Shown here: one piece after another, positions 47,604 to 63,200 of the stretch
Layout: each line of letters begins with the position of its first letter
Position numbering within the stretch: the first letter of the stretch is position 1
Source of the DNA: the human T2T-CHM13v2.0 reference genome, Homo sapiens
Length of the DNA stretch: 64,000 bases
Assembly (NCBI RefSeq): GCF_009914755.1
Contig: NC_060947.1
Reading direction: 5' to 3' (one strand)
Translations under genes and position numbers: made by a program
The notes under the pieces: model-generated
What the model saw: the letters and a program-made list of their open reading frames with translations, nothing else
Told to the model about the DNA's origin: nothing
Database searches by the model: none

Positions 47604-48341
47604 AATGTGTATTCTTTTGCTGAGTAATTTTCCTATGTCTTCACTGTTTGGAAATGTTTGGTATTTCATAGTGTTGTGGGTTTGAAATGGTGCATCAGTA
47701 ACTTGATTGCTGCGTTTAAGATTGTTTTATAATTACACAAAACATGGTCAAGAAATACTCCTGCCAGGTTTCACTGCAGAATCTTAAATTACTGATAGAT
47801 GAAATGTAGGCTAGGCTGTTTGAATTCTACATCTCTATTCTTCCTTGTGGGGTTTCAGTGAAATAGTAAAACTAAAATATTGCCATATTGAAGGCCGTTT
47901 CTTCTCATTTCAGTTTGTACCCTTTGATGGCTCAGTTAGGAATGGTGGTCTGTGTTCTTCTATCTAAATATTTATGCTTACAGGACAAATTAGACTTAGA
48001 AATATAGTACAGTCTGAATGTGTGACTACTCTTGTGCTCTTTTTGTCTAGAGGAAAGCAATTGATTATAAAGCATGCTTTGCTTTCATAGTACTCAAACG
48101 TTTTAAAATAGTCTGTTCTCTATTGCTATGGTAGCACACTAAAGGGATGTTTGAAGACACAGTCTGCTTAGTAGGCCAAGGGAAAATAAAAGCAGTTTTC
48201 AAAGTGTTCAAATGTTAGATTTTTTTCATTCAGTCAACTATGGCAAATGATTTTTCAGTTTTATTTTGTTGACCATTGCATCCCTAGTGTCTGCATTGTC
48301 CTTAGGGCATTATAGACTCTTGACCCATTGAGAAGATGTAA

Positions 48342-48705
<364 letters not shown>

Positions 48706-49783
48706 AAGAGACATTCTTGAGTGAATACATTAATAATAGCCAGTGTTCATACCAAGTGATGTTTTCTAATTTTCCTTCTTTGTGACTTTTGGGTAGCCAA
48801 CATCAATAACTCTTTAGATTTTTGGATTGTGGATAGGAATGAATTTATTATGGTCATTTTTTTTAATGCTTTCCACTTTAATTACTTTTAATGCTAAAAA
48901 TTTGTGGAGGCTCAGAAAATTTGAATATATATTTGTAGGAATATTATTTAGAAGAGTTTAAAGAGATTTACTCATCTTTTTTAACTTAGATTTTATACCA
49001 ACTCTATTACTTATCTTAATTTATATACCTTGTTTAATGTTGATAAACTAGATATTAAATGTCACCCAGTGTTCTTGATGATAATATGCGCTCCTAAAAA
49101 TTAGTGTTATGCATTGATGTTAACGTGCTTATATGATATTATTACAAGTGGATTCTGTATTAGTGGTTTATTGTTGACTGGAAAATTATACAAATTCTAT
49201 GCATATAATGTCACATTGTAAAAGGACAGTTATATTTGGTAGATGAACTTGGACACAGGCTATTTTAAAAGGCACTTAAGTACAGTGATTATTGAAAGAT
49301 CAATAAAGACAGAAAGTTTTACCCTCTATGACAATACTCATAGTGATTTTTTTTGTTTCAGAAGTCCATGTCTCATTTTGAGATAAGCAGTGGTGTTCTG
49401 ACAATACCATTAGACTTCTACTTGGATTTTCAAAAATAATGATATGTTCTCTAAATATTTAAACTGTTGTATAACACTTCCTGTTTACTTGACTTAAAAA
49501 TCTTCACCTTTTTCACATAAATAAAAATATACATAGGATAACTTGATAAAATTAATTCTTTTTCAAATTCTCCATTCTCAGCTGTCTCAAGAAAATAACC
49601 CCCACAGCATGTCAGTTGTCAGCAGTAAATGTTCAAAGTATTTCTAGTTGGTAGGCTAGTGTATTTTATTTGCATAGCATGTATTTATTATTATTTTAGA
49701 CCTTACATACCTGAAAAGTATCTTAAGATGCTTTTGTGTGACTCTAAATTGACTGCATTAATTTTCTCACTCTCGTCTTGCAG

Positions 49784-49838
49784 CATTTTCAGTTAGCTTT
49801 GGTTGACTGTAATCCCTGCACTTTGTCCAATGCTGAAA
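49784..49838 (+). CDS. KDM6A: KDM6A coding exon (probably exon 7), 55 bp
   Basis: Acceptor ttttctcactctcgtcttgcAG and donor GTaagt. Translates [18 protein letters not shown](I). Confidence 0.97.
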
Positions 49839-50531
49839 GTAAGTATTATTAAGTACTGTAGTTTTCTACATGTATTCCGATCACTTCATGGCAAATAACA
49901 ATAATGTTAGTGATAAATTCTGTGCAATTTTTTCTTTTAGAATTGTTTAATGTAACTGTATTGGTTGCCATGGCTACTTACATAAATGGAACCTGCAAGA
50001 CCAGATATTGTGAACAGCCTGTGTCTAAAATAGATAGGCCAGTGAAGTGAGTTGTTGAATTAAAAGTATCTTCACTAATAAACAAGATTGATTTTTCTCT
50101 GTCGTGTATTATATTGTAGATGACTTGGTAGGATTAAAAACAGGTTTTGCTGGTCTTTTAGGAAACATGAGTATATAAAGATTCTTATCTGATAGCTTAC
50201 TGATTCCTACTGCGTGGGATAAAAATTATTGGTAATTATGAAGACATTTGTGACTTTTATGATAGTTTTATATATCATTTAGAAAGCTTGAGTTGACATT
50301 TTTCAATTAATTAGAAAGGAATACATTTACGAAGCATGTTCTAACAAAGTATTTTTTTCCAAACAATTATTTTCTGCTTCTATGTAGGTGTCTTTTCAAA
50401 AGCAGATTGGGTTGATTATATGTTTATCGATATGTATTTAGGTATATTTATTTAATATACACTAAAGTATCCAGTAAAAAGGTTTAAGAATATTCGTTGA
50501 TGCTAAATTTCTTAAAAACCTTCTTACTTGA

Positions 50532-50851
<320 letters not shown>

Positions 50852-50959
50852 GAAAAATGAAATTTTTAATTGGTATAAGAAAAATCGAGCAATTAATGAC
50901 AGTTTCAGTCATACAAAGGATTCCGGGTTTTAGAAAGTCAGTGTTTTGCTGTAAGTTAC

Positions 50960-51097
50960 TTTTTTGTTTTTGTTTTTTGTTTCATTTTGAGATGGGGTCT
51001 TTCTCTGCCACTTAGGCTGGAGTGCAGTGGTGTCAGAGTAGCTCAGCTACAGCCTCCAACTCCTGCACTCAAGCGATCTTCCTGCCTTAGCCTCCTG
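50960..51097 (-). mobile_element. Partial AluJ/FRAM
   Basis: Single diverged arm. Confidence 0.75.
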
Positions 51098-52507
51098 TAA
51101 ATCACTTGAAAGAGTATAGAGAGATATTAGTGAAAAGTAGTCTTAGTCTTTAGAAATGCCCTAGGAAATTGTTGAATCAGCGAAAACTCTGTAGAATTTT
51201 CAGTATAACGTGGATTAAGAAATAGTATGGATTAAATCATCATTTAAGCCAGATGAATTATGTCATACTTTTACTAAAGGTAATTTCCTGTGAAAATCTA
51301 AAGGATTTTTACTTTCTTAAATGAAATTCAGGATCCAGTACTGATTAGGGTGTTTGTAGAATAAACGGTAGAATAATAACAAATGCAGCAGTATTTTATA
51401 GTTTCTAATATAAGGTTAGATTTGAAAAAATTGACTCATTGGTTTAGTAATTTATAAAGTTTTAATTTATACCTTTTTCTTAATTATATATCCAGGTTAT
51501 AAACCATCTAGAATATATAGATGCTTAAAATTCTTTTCAAATTAGTTTACGAGAATAAGAAAACAACCGATTATCTTTTAATTCATTATGGTCTAGTACC
51601 TAAAAGGTAACTTTGGTAAGTCAGTTGAATGATAACTTTTATGGATGTCTCATAAATATCAAACTAAATATTTTGGTAAATCCTCATTTTATTCTACTCT
51701 GTTTAAATCTCAGTTGTAGATCATTACTCTTGAGAGAAAAATGTCTGCATAGGTAGGATGAGTGCCACATGGCATAAAACTGTTGAATTTGAAACAGTTT
51801 GAACCATCATGAGTGCTACAAGGTGGTTGGTCACTCAAACGGGAGAGCATATTTTCTATTTAGAGACTTTAGGCTATTACAGTTTAGTAGATTTGGATAG
51901 TTTACTTTAGACAGTCTACTTGATTACTTGATAGCTATAATAATGCCTGATGTCACAACAAATGTAGAGTACCTACTTTGAGCCAGTATTACTCTTTTCA
52001 ACACCAGGCTCCTTATTGTCTTTGTAAAACTTATTTTTCTTTGAATTTTTACATCATCACTGATTTGTACTTTGGTTTTAATATTTTTTAATTAAATATT
52101 GATTTTACTCTTTTTTGACTTGGGATTCAGTTTTTAAATACTGTGTTTTGAAATGTATAGATTATAAAGGTTTTCTCTCTTTGCTTAATGTTGCCATTTT
52201 GAACTTTGTAAAACATATATTCACTTGCTATAGATTTAATGCTAATTTTAATAATTGCATTGACAGAAATTTCATTTGATAATGACCAACAATGAATACA
52301 TGTGGTTTCTTATCATGATTGTGTTCTTTAGTGTGTTTGTTTGTATATTCTATTTTAGTAAAAGCAAATAAAAGTTATGTTTTTCTATTACTTAAATCTA
52401 TATAGTGTAGACTGTGATAATGTTTGATGCTTTGTTATTCTTACTTAATTTGCCCCAAATTCTGCTGTATTGTTACTGATTTTTTTGTCTTTCCTCATCC
52501 TTTGCAG

Positions 52508-52542
52508 TTCAATTTCACATTGCCCACTTATATGAAACCCAG
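52508..52542 (+). CDS. KDM6A: KDM6A coding exon (probably exon 8), 35 bp
   Basis: Long polypyrimidine acceptor ending tttgcAG and donor CAG|GTaagt. Translates (I)QFHIAHLYETQ, in frame with the preceding exon. Confidence 0.97.
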
Positions 52543-52792
52543 GTAAGTATTTTAACTTATTCTATTTAAAACAAAAGCAAACAAAAATCATTACTCCTAT
52601 CATGCTTTACTGAAATCAGAAGTGTACAGATAATTTAATGGAGTTCTGGGCGTTACTTCTTAGGTAAATTTTGTATTTTATACTCATTAAATGTGATCAA
52701 GATGCTGCTTAGTAAAACAATTATTCCAAGGAGTGCTTGCTGTGTACAAATTAATTCCATTTAATATTTTCCTTTAAACTTGATCCATTTGC

Positions 52793-53128
<336 letters not shown>

Positions 53129-53446
53129 CTATATTTAAGATTTATCTTATTCTTGATGCCAGATGCCTTCCTTTCTTTTCAGAATGTTTATAGATGGTTG
53201 TTGTAATGCGTTTTTTAAAGAATTCTTTTGCTTTTTCTTAAGACTGAAATAACTCTTCTATGTGTCATTATTGGAAAGGCATCAAGAGTCACCTCTTGAT
53301 GTCCTTGCCATTAATTTCATGGCTCCTTCACTTTAAAAAACTTTTAAATTTTAGAACATCTTGGTTTTGTGTGTGTTGATTAATACACGGTCAAGATTGA
53401 TACATCTTGATTTTGCTTAGTTGTATGATAAAAGTATAACACATTT

Positions 53447-53631
53447 GGGGGGGGGTGGTTGGAGGCAAGGGGAGGGAGAGCATTAGGACAAACACCTAAT
53501 GCACGTGGGGCTTAAAACCTAGATGATGGGGTTGATAGGTGCAGCAAACCACCATGGCACATGTATACCTATGTAACAAACCTGCACATTCTGCACATGT
53601 ATCCCAGAACTTAAAGTAAAATGAAAAAAAA
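53447..53631 (+). mobile_element. Very short L1PA 3' end (L1PA7-like)
   Basis: G-rich tract plus terminal ...GTATCCCAGAACTTAAAGTAAAAT; TSD AAAAGTATAACAC on both sides. Confidence 0.9.
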
Positions 53632-54356
53632 GTATAACACGTTCATTTTAGGCAGTGGTATGGAAAATCAGGAATAAATTTGTATGAGACTCAAAATTAG
53701 GTCATCATAGTTTACATAAATTTTTAACAGCTTTTTAGGAAACAAATACTGTTGGTTTTTTTTTTATGCCTACATAATTTATAAGGTCTGTTTTGATGTT
53801 TTGGCCCAAGTGTTACAATAAGGCATATATGTGCCATGCAGAGTTCATACCCACCAGATACAAGATCCTGCTACATCCCGTTATTTATATTGTTATAGGA
53901 TGTAATCAGACAGTTTGAGATCATTTATGCTGGTGGTTCCCAAACCCAGCTCTATGGCAGAATTATTTGGGAAGCTTTATAAATCAGCTGTCATGGGGAG
54001 TTTTAAAAAATTAACATCAGATTTCTGGGTACCTCAACCCTCCCCATCTGCACTTTGCCTCCCCATCCCCCCTCTGCCTCCCCATCCCTCCTCTACCCCA
54101 TACTCTAGTTTTTCTAGTTCTCTATGAGATCACTGGTCTGTCATTAGCTAAAGAAGCAGAAGTTTTTTTAACCTTTATTTTTAATGAGTATTTTTGCCGG
54201 AGATGGAATTCTGTTTATCTGACTGCTTTGAAATTCACAATACATTGTCTTTTGGCTTTCATTGTTTCTGATGTGGAGTTGTCTGTTGGTCTTACTGTTT
54301 AATCCTGTGAAGGTAATGTGGGCACAGGGCCCTCCTCCCATTGATTCATTTGATAA

Positions 54357-57330
54357 TTTTTTTTTTTTTTTTTTTTTTTTTTATTGATCATTCTTGGGTG
54401 TTTCTCGCAGAGGGGGATTTGGCAGGGTCATAGGACAATAGTGGAGGGAAGGTCAGCAGATAAACAAGTGAACAAAGGTCTCTGGTTTTCCTAGGCAGAG
54501 GACCCTGCGGCCTTCCGCAGTGTTTGTGTCCCTGGGTACTTAAGATTAGGGAGTGGTGATGACTCTTAAGGAGCATGCTGCCTTCAAGCATCTGTTTAAC
54601 AAAGCACATCTTGCACCGCCCTTAATCCATTTAACCCTGAGTGGACACAGCACATGTTTCAGAGAGCACAGGGTTGGGGATAAGGTCACAGATCAACAGG
54701 ATCCCAAGGCAGAAGAATTTTTCTTAGTACAGAACAAAATGAAAAGTCTCCCATGTCTACTTCTATCCACACAGACCCGGCAACCATCTGATTTCTCAAT
54801 TTTTTCCCCACCCTTCCCGCCTTTCTATTCCACAAAACCGCCATTGTCATCATGGCCCATCCCCAATGAGCCGCTGGGCACACCTCCCAGACGGGGTCGT
54901 GGCCGGGCAGAGGGGCTCCTCACTTCCCAGTAGGGGCGGCCGGGCAGAAGCGCCCCTCACCTCCCGGATGGGGCGGCTGGCCGGGCGGGGGGCTGACCCC
55001 CCCACCATCCTCCCGGACGGGGCGGCTGGCCAGGCAGAGGGGCTCCTTACTTCCCAGTAGGGGCGGCCGGGCAGAGGCGCCCCTCACCTCCTGGATAGGG
55101 CAGCTGGCCCGGGGGGTGGGGGTGCTGACCCCCCCACCTCCCTCCCGGACGGGGCGGCTGGCCGGGCAGAGGGGTCCTCACTTCCCAGTAGGGGCGGCCG
55201 GGCAGAGGCGCCCCTCACCTCCCGGACGGGGCGGCCGGCCGGGCGGGGGGCTGACCCCCCCACCTCCCTCCCGGACAGGGCGGCTGGCCGACCGCCCCCC
55301 CACCTCCCTCCCGGACGGGGCGGCTGGCCGGGCAGAGGGGTCCTCACTTCCCAGTAGGGGCGGCCGGGCAGAGGCCCCCCTCACCTCCCGGACAGGGCGG
55401 CTGGCCAGGCGGGGGGCTGATCCCCCCACCTCCCTCCCAGACGGGGCGGCTGGCCGGGCGGGGGGCTGACCCCCCCCACCTCCCTCCCGGATGGGGCGGC
55501 TGGCCAGGCGGGGGGCTGACCCCCCCACCTCCCTCCCGGACGGGGCGGCTGGCCGGGCAGAGGGGCTCCTCACTTCCCAGTAGGGGCGGCCGGGCAGAGG
55601 CGCCCCTCACCTCCCGGACGGGGCGGCTGGCCAGGCGGGGGGCTGATCACACCACTTCCCTCCCGGACGGGGCGGCTGGCCGGGCGGGGGGCTGACCCCC
55701 CCCACCTCCCTCCCGGACGGGGCGGCTGGACGGGCGGGGGGCTGACCCCCCCACCTCCCTCCCGGATGGGGCGGCTGGCCGGGCGGGGGGCTGACCCCCC
55801 CAACCTCCCTCCCGGACGGGGCGGCTGGCCGGGCGGGGGGCTGATCCCCCCACCTCCCTCCCGGACTGGGCGGCTGGCCGGGCGGGGGGCTGACCCCCCC
55901 ACCTCCCTCCCGGACGGGGCGGCTGGCCGGGCAGAGGGGTCCTCACTTCCCAGTAGGGGCGGCCGGGCAGAGGCGCCCCTCACCTCCCGGACGGGGCGGC
56001 CGGCCGGGCGGGGGGCTGACCCCCCCACCTCCCTCCCGGACGGGGCGGCTGGCCGGGCAGAGGGGCTCCTCACTTCCCAGTAGGGGCGGCCGGGCAGAGG
56101 CACCCCTCACCTCCCGGACGGGGTGGCTGGCCGGGCGGGGGGCTGACCCCCACCACCTCCCTCCCGGACGGGGCGGCTGGCCGGGCAGGGGGCTGACCCC
56201 CCCCTCCCCCCTCCCGGACGGGGCGGCTGGCCGGGCAGAGGGGCTCCTCACTTCCCAGTAGGGGCGGCCGGGCAGAGGCGCCCCTCACCTCCCGGACTGG
56301 GCAGCTGGCCGGGCGGGGGGCTGACCCCCCCACCTCCCTCCTGGACGGGGCGACTGGCCGGGCAGAGGGGCTCCTCACTTCCCAGTAGGGGCGGCCGGGC
56401 AGAGGAGCCCCTCACCTCCCGGACGGGGCAGCTGGCCGGGCGGGGACTGACCCCCCCCCACCTCCCTCCCGGACGGGGTGGCTGCCGGGCGGAGACGCTC
56501 CTCACTTCCCAGACGGGGTGGCTGCCGGACGGAGGGGCTCCTCACTTCTCAGACAGGGCGGTTGCCAGGCAGAGGGTTTCCTCACTTCTCAGACGGGGCG
56601 GCTGGGCAGAGACGCTCCTCACCTCCCAGACAGGGCGGCGGGGCAGAGGTGCTCCCCACCTCTCAGACGATGGGCGGCCGGGCAGAGACGCTCCTCACTT
56701 CCTAGATGGGATGGCGGCGGGGAAGAGGCGCTCCTCGCTTCCTAGATGGGATGGCGGCCGGGCAGAGACGCTCCTCACTTTCCAGACTGGGCAGCCAGGC
56801 AGAGAGGCTCCTCATATCCCAGACGATGGGGGGCCAGGCAGAGACGCTCCTCACTTCCCAGACGGGGTGGCGGCTGGGCAGAGGCTGCAATCTCGGCACT
56901 TTGGGGGGCCAAGGCAGGCGGCTGGGAGGTGGAGGTTGTAGCGAGCCGAGATCACGCCACTGCACTCCAGCCTGGGCACCATTGAGCACTGAGTGAACGA
57001 GACTCCGTCTGCAATCCCGGCACCTCGGGAGGCCGAGGCTGGCGGATCACTCGCGGTTAGGAGCTGGAGACCAGCCCGGTCAACACAGCAAAACCCCCTC
57101 TCCACCAAAAAAAAACGAAAACCAGTCAGGCGTGGCGGCATGCGCCTGCAATCGCAGGCACTCGGCAGGCTGAGGCAGGAGAATCAGGCAGGGAGGTTGC
57201 AGTGAGCCGAGATGGCAGCAGTACCGTCCAGCTTCGGCTCGGCATCAGAGGGAGACCGTGGAAGGAGACCGTGGAGGGAGAGGGGAGAGGGGAGAGGGGA
57301 GAGGGGAGAGGGGAGAGGGGAGAGGGAGAG
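54357..57330 (-). mobile_element. Full-length SVA retrotransposon (young, SVA_E/F-like), about 2.97 kb
   Basis: On +: poly-T, SINE-R (about 54382-54880), GC-rich VNTR (about 54885-56870), Alu-like domain (to about 57250), CCCTCT-type head (57274-57330). TSD TCATTTGATAA at 54346-54356 and 57331-57341; the right copy runs into TTTT/AA. Confidence 0.97.
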
Positions 57331-57657
57331 TCATTTGATAAATTTTAATACTGATTCAGATTAAACAAAACAGAATAAACTCATGGCAAACAGTATATAA
57401 TTATTAGGTGACACTGTAAGTATATGAAAGGATTAAAAAAAAACTCTACACCAGTGATTATAATATGGATTTTCATTTTCAAGTGAAAAATTAAGAGAAG
57501 CAAGATGGCCTGCTTACCTACCTATTAAAAGTTAGTTTTTATAGTTCCACCAATTTTTACCAATGGACCCTATTTATGAATATGGATTTAGGAAATTTAA
57601 GTGAGATGTATTTAATGGCTACTGCTAGGTAAACAATAGTTCAAGGGAAGTTTCTCT

Positions 57658-57829
57658 ACTTCTCTACATAGGAAGAAGTTTCCCCACTTCTCTACATAGG
57701 AAGAAGTTTCCCCACTTCTCTACATAGGAAGAAGTTTCCCCACTTCTCTACATAGGAAGAAGTTTCCCCACTTCTCTACATAGGAAGAAGTTTCCCCACT
57801 TCTCTACATGGGAAGAAGTCTTCCCCACT
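57658..57829. repeat. 28-bp minisatellite, 5 perfect copies plus 1 variant
   Basis: Unit ACTTCTCTACATAGGAAGAAGTTTCCCC at 57658, 57686, 57714, 57742 and 57770; variant copy at 57798. Confidence 0.96.
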
Positions 57830-57968
57830 AATAAATGAAGAAGGATCATTTCATAATCCCCGAGGGCCCTGTCCCGACATTACCTTCACAGGTTTAAATA
57901 CTAAGATCATAATTAAAACTAAAGTTATGGAATACCACTTTACCTAGAATGGTGTTAAAGAAATGTTA

Positions 57969-58424
<456 letters not shown>

Positions 58425-58513
58425 TCATCCCCTAACCCTGTATTTTTATCTTTTATGATCTTATAGACAAAGCTGTTAATACTTTAGTAGATTAAAAAAT
58501 ATTTTAGTAGATT

Positions 58514-58807
58514 GGCCGGGTGTGGTGACTCACACCTGTAATCCCAGCACTTTGGGAGGCCGAGGCAGGTGGATCACTTGAAGCCCAGAGTTCAAGACTA
58601 GCCTGGGGAACATGATGAAACCCTGTTTCTACTAAAAATTAAAAAATTAGCTGAGTGTGGTAGCATGTGTCTGTAATCCCAGCTACTTGGGTGGCTGAGG
58701 CAGGAGAATCGCTTGAACCCGGGGAGGCGGAGGTTGCAGTGAGCCAAGATGGCGCCACTGCACGCCAGCCTGGATGACAGAGTGAGACTGTTTAAAGAAA
58801 AAAAAAA
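58514..58807 (+). mobile_element. AluS/J
   Basis: Alu consensus. Confidence 0.9.
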
Positions 58808-58871
58808 TGATTCTCATAGGTTTCTATGTATATTGTCATACCATCTATAAATAAAGATAACTTTGCTTCTC

Positions 58872-59195
58872 TGTACATGTGCCGCACAATGATGTTTTGA
58901 TTAACAAAGGATCACATATATGATGGTGGTCCCATAGGATTATAATAGCATATTTTTACTGTACTTTTTCGGTGTGTGTTTTTTGTTTTAACTGAACCTT
59001 TTCTATGTTTAGATATTTACCATTGTATTGTAATTGTAGTATTCTGTATAGTAACATGCTGTACAGGTTTGTAGTCAGAAGCAAGAGGCTATACCATATA
59101 GCTTAGATGTGTAGTAGGCAATACCATCTAGGTTTGTGTAAGTATACTCTGATGTTTGCACAACGATGAAATTGTTAAGTGACACATGACTGTAT
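58872..59195. mobile_element. Tigger3 (MER7/Golem)-derived element
   Basis: GGTGGTCCCATAGGATTATAATA and GCTATACCATATAGC...TGTGTAGTAGGCAATACCATCTAGGTTTGTGTAAGTA; ends CATGACTGTA. Confidence 0.78.
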
Positions 59196-60094
59196 AATGT
59201 CATATCTCCAAATATATTGTCAATTATTCTTGAACATTTATATTGATGAATTAATTTACCTTCCCTGTTTTATTAGCTGGGACCTCCAGCTCATTTTTTC
59301 TACAGTAATAATAGTATTAACGGGGCTTCTTTTCTTTTTCTTGAATTTAGTGAAATAATTTGAGCAGTTCACTATCTTGATTCTTATAGCCTTTAAGGTT
59401 TCAAGATAGAGGATTTCTCCCTTTTCATTCTGTTACTGAAATGTTAGTTATTTTTGAATAGATAATCCAAAATGAAAAGTTTTGAAAGAATACACAGTGA
59501 AGTATCCTCTTCCTTCCACTTCCTCAGGCATCTACTCCCCTCCCTAAAGCCATCAATGTTACCAGTGGTTTTTAAATCCTTCCAGAGAAACTCAGTGTAT
59601 ATATAAGCAAGTCCACATATGTTTGCATGTTTATTTCTAGTATTTAATTTTATTCAAATGATAGCCAATAATGTATGTTCTCTTCTGACCTTGCTTTAAA
59701 TTTTAACTTAATCTTGTATCTTGGAAATCATTCTGTATCAGTACGTGTAGAGCTGCATCATATCCCTTTACATATAGATGTACAGTTAACTAATTTAACT
59801 ACTCCCCTTTGAGGAATAATTACAAATAATAATATTTTGAATAACACTGTTTATAAGAATTGTTTCATTTTTAACACTTTTCTGTCAAGCATTAATATAT
59901 TACCAAAACACTATAGACTTGTGTATGTTATTATACTATAGCAAAATAATATAGATAAGTGCTATAATACTTATCTATATTAGACATCTATAATATAAGT
60001 ATTTTACACGAATCCAAGAACTCTAAATAAAGAAAAAAATTCCAGCTGATACATAAGTTTGTGATAAATATGTAGGGTTTATTTCATGAATACA

Positions 60095-60965
<871 letters not shown>

Positions 60966-60999
60966 TTTCCTTTTTGTTTTGAAGCAAGTATTACATCCG

Positions 61000-61910
61000 A
61001 ACCTAATAAAAGACAGTATAATAAGAGAGTCAATATACAGACTGATATCATGATGAATATTGGTGTAAAAATGCTAATAAAATATTAACAAACAGAATAC
61101 CTTATCTCATTAAACACAGCAATATACTATGACCAAGTGTTATTCATTTCAGGAATGCAAGGTTGACTGAATCTTCGGAAATCTATTAATATTGTAATAA
61201 TAGAGCTAAAGGTAAAGTCAAATTATTATCACCATAGATTCTGAAAAAATCTTTAAATTCAATACCCATTTCTAATAAAAACACTCTTATACATAGGAAT
61301 TGCAGGTTACTTTCTTATCGTGATAAAATGCATATGCTTTAGTTTCAAAGTCAGAATTTTACTTAAGGCCAAATTCTAGAGACCTTTTCACTAGAATCAG
61401 GAGCAAGGTGAAGATGCCTACTATTTCCATTAGTCCTTGGTATTATACTATAGGTATTAGCCAGTGTAGTTAGATAAGAGAGAGAAGTCAGTTACAGGCA
61501 CAAATTAACATACAGAATTAATAAGCTTCAACAACAATAGTCAGAACATAACAGGAAAAAATTCTATTTAGAGTGTTCAGCAAAGTATATTAAATACTTA
61601 GGAATAAACTTTAGAGAGATACTGTGACTCAGCAGTATAAAGATGTTGATTCTCCTTAGTGTAACAGAAATGTAATACAAAAATACCAACAAACTTTTGT
61701 TAGGAGTTAGCTAAGTTGATATGGTAAAACATGATAAAACGGGTGGGAGGATTGTGTAGGATATACTAACCCAATAAAACTTGTATAATTAAAAATGTGG
61801 TACTGGCATGTGAATAGACAAATTAGTGAAATATCCTAGAAAGCCCAGGAATAGACCCAAGTACATGTAGAAGCTGAGTATATCATAAAGGTATTGTTCT
61901 TAAATTCTTG
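61000..61910 (+). mobile_element. Old L1M ORF2 (RT region) fragment
   Basis: Degenerate equivalents of [23 protein letters not shown] and SGTRQGCPL. Confidence 0.7.
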
Positions 61911-61988
61911 GGGCCTGTAATGTCCATCCCATAAGTATAATGTTCTTGGCTCTTACTTTTGTAGCTCTATTCTGGCAGTCTCTTTTAT

Positions 61989-62030
61989 TGGTGGTGATGA
62001 TGGTGGTGGTGGTGGTGGTGGTGGTGGTTT
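61989..62030. repeat. (GGT/GAT)n microsatellite
   Basis: Seen directly. Confidence 0.9.
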
Positions 62031-62639
62031 GGAGTGTCTAGTTCATTTATACTTAATTTGATTATTGATATGGTTGGATAAAGTTAGCTGTCATTCCTGT
62101 TGTATTCTTTGTATTGTATTGTTTTTCTCTGGTTGCTTTTAAAAGGTTTTTCTCTTTATATTTGGTTTTCAAAAATTTGACTTCAATGTGCTCAGATATT
62201 TTTTTTCTTTATAATTATACTAATAGTATTTTAAGTCTGGGGTTTGATTTTTTTTTTATCAGTTTTGGAAAATTCTCAGCCATTGATTTGTCAAATATTT
62301 TTTCTGCTCCACCGTTTTTCTCTTCTTCTCGGACTCCAATTACATGTATGGTAGACTATATGCTATTGCCTCAAACATCTTAGATGCTTTCTTTTTTTTT
62401 TTTTAACTTTTAACTTTTGTGTGTTTGTATGTGTGTGTTTCTGCTTCAATCTGTATGCTTTCTAGTGACTTGTTTTCAAATGCATTGATTTCTTTTTTTT
62501 TTTAAATATACTTTCCAATCTGCTATTCAATCCATATAGTGATTTTCTTTTTTAAATTTCAGATTAACATTTTTTCAATTCTGGAATTTCCTTTTGTTTC
62601 TCTTTCTGGAGTATGATTTTTTATACATTAATTCATTAG

Positions 62640-62880
<241 letters not shown>

Positions 62881-62895
62881 TAAAATTATCTACAG

Positions 62896-63200
62896 GGCTA
62901 GGCGCAGTAGCTCATGCCTGTAATCCCAGCACTTGTGAGAGACCAAGGTGGGCAGATCACCTAAGGTCAGGAGTTCAAGACCAGCCTGGCCAAAATGGCG
63001 AGACCCCCATCTCTACTAAAAATACAAAAGATTAGCCAAGTGTGATGGCGTGCCTGTAATCCTAGCTGTTCGGGAGACTGAGGCAGGAGAATCGCTTGAA
63101 CTCAGGAGGCAGAGGTTGCGGTGAGCCAAGATTGTGCCACTGCACTCCAGCCTGGGCGACACAGTGAAAGTGCGTCTCAAAAAAAAAAAAAAAAAAAAAC
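62896..63200 (+). mobile_element. AluSx
   Basis: Alu consensus with A tail. Confidence 0.92.

Noticed and set aside
54388-57205. Dense cluster of Pro/Gly/Arg-rich ORFs on both strands
   Set aside because: Artefact of the stop-poor GC-rich SVA VNTR; SVA is non-coding.
57658-57829. CRISPR-like array (28-bp partly palindromic repeats)
   Set aside because: Units are head-to-tail with no spacers, there are no cas genes, and the context is a primate intron.
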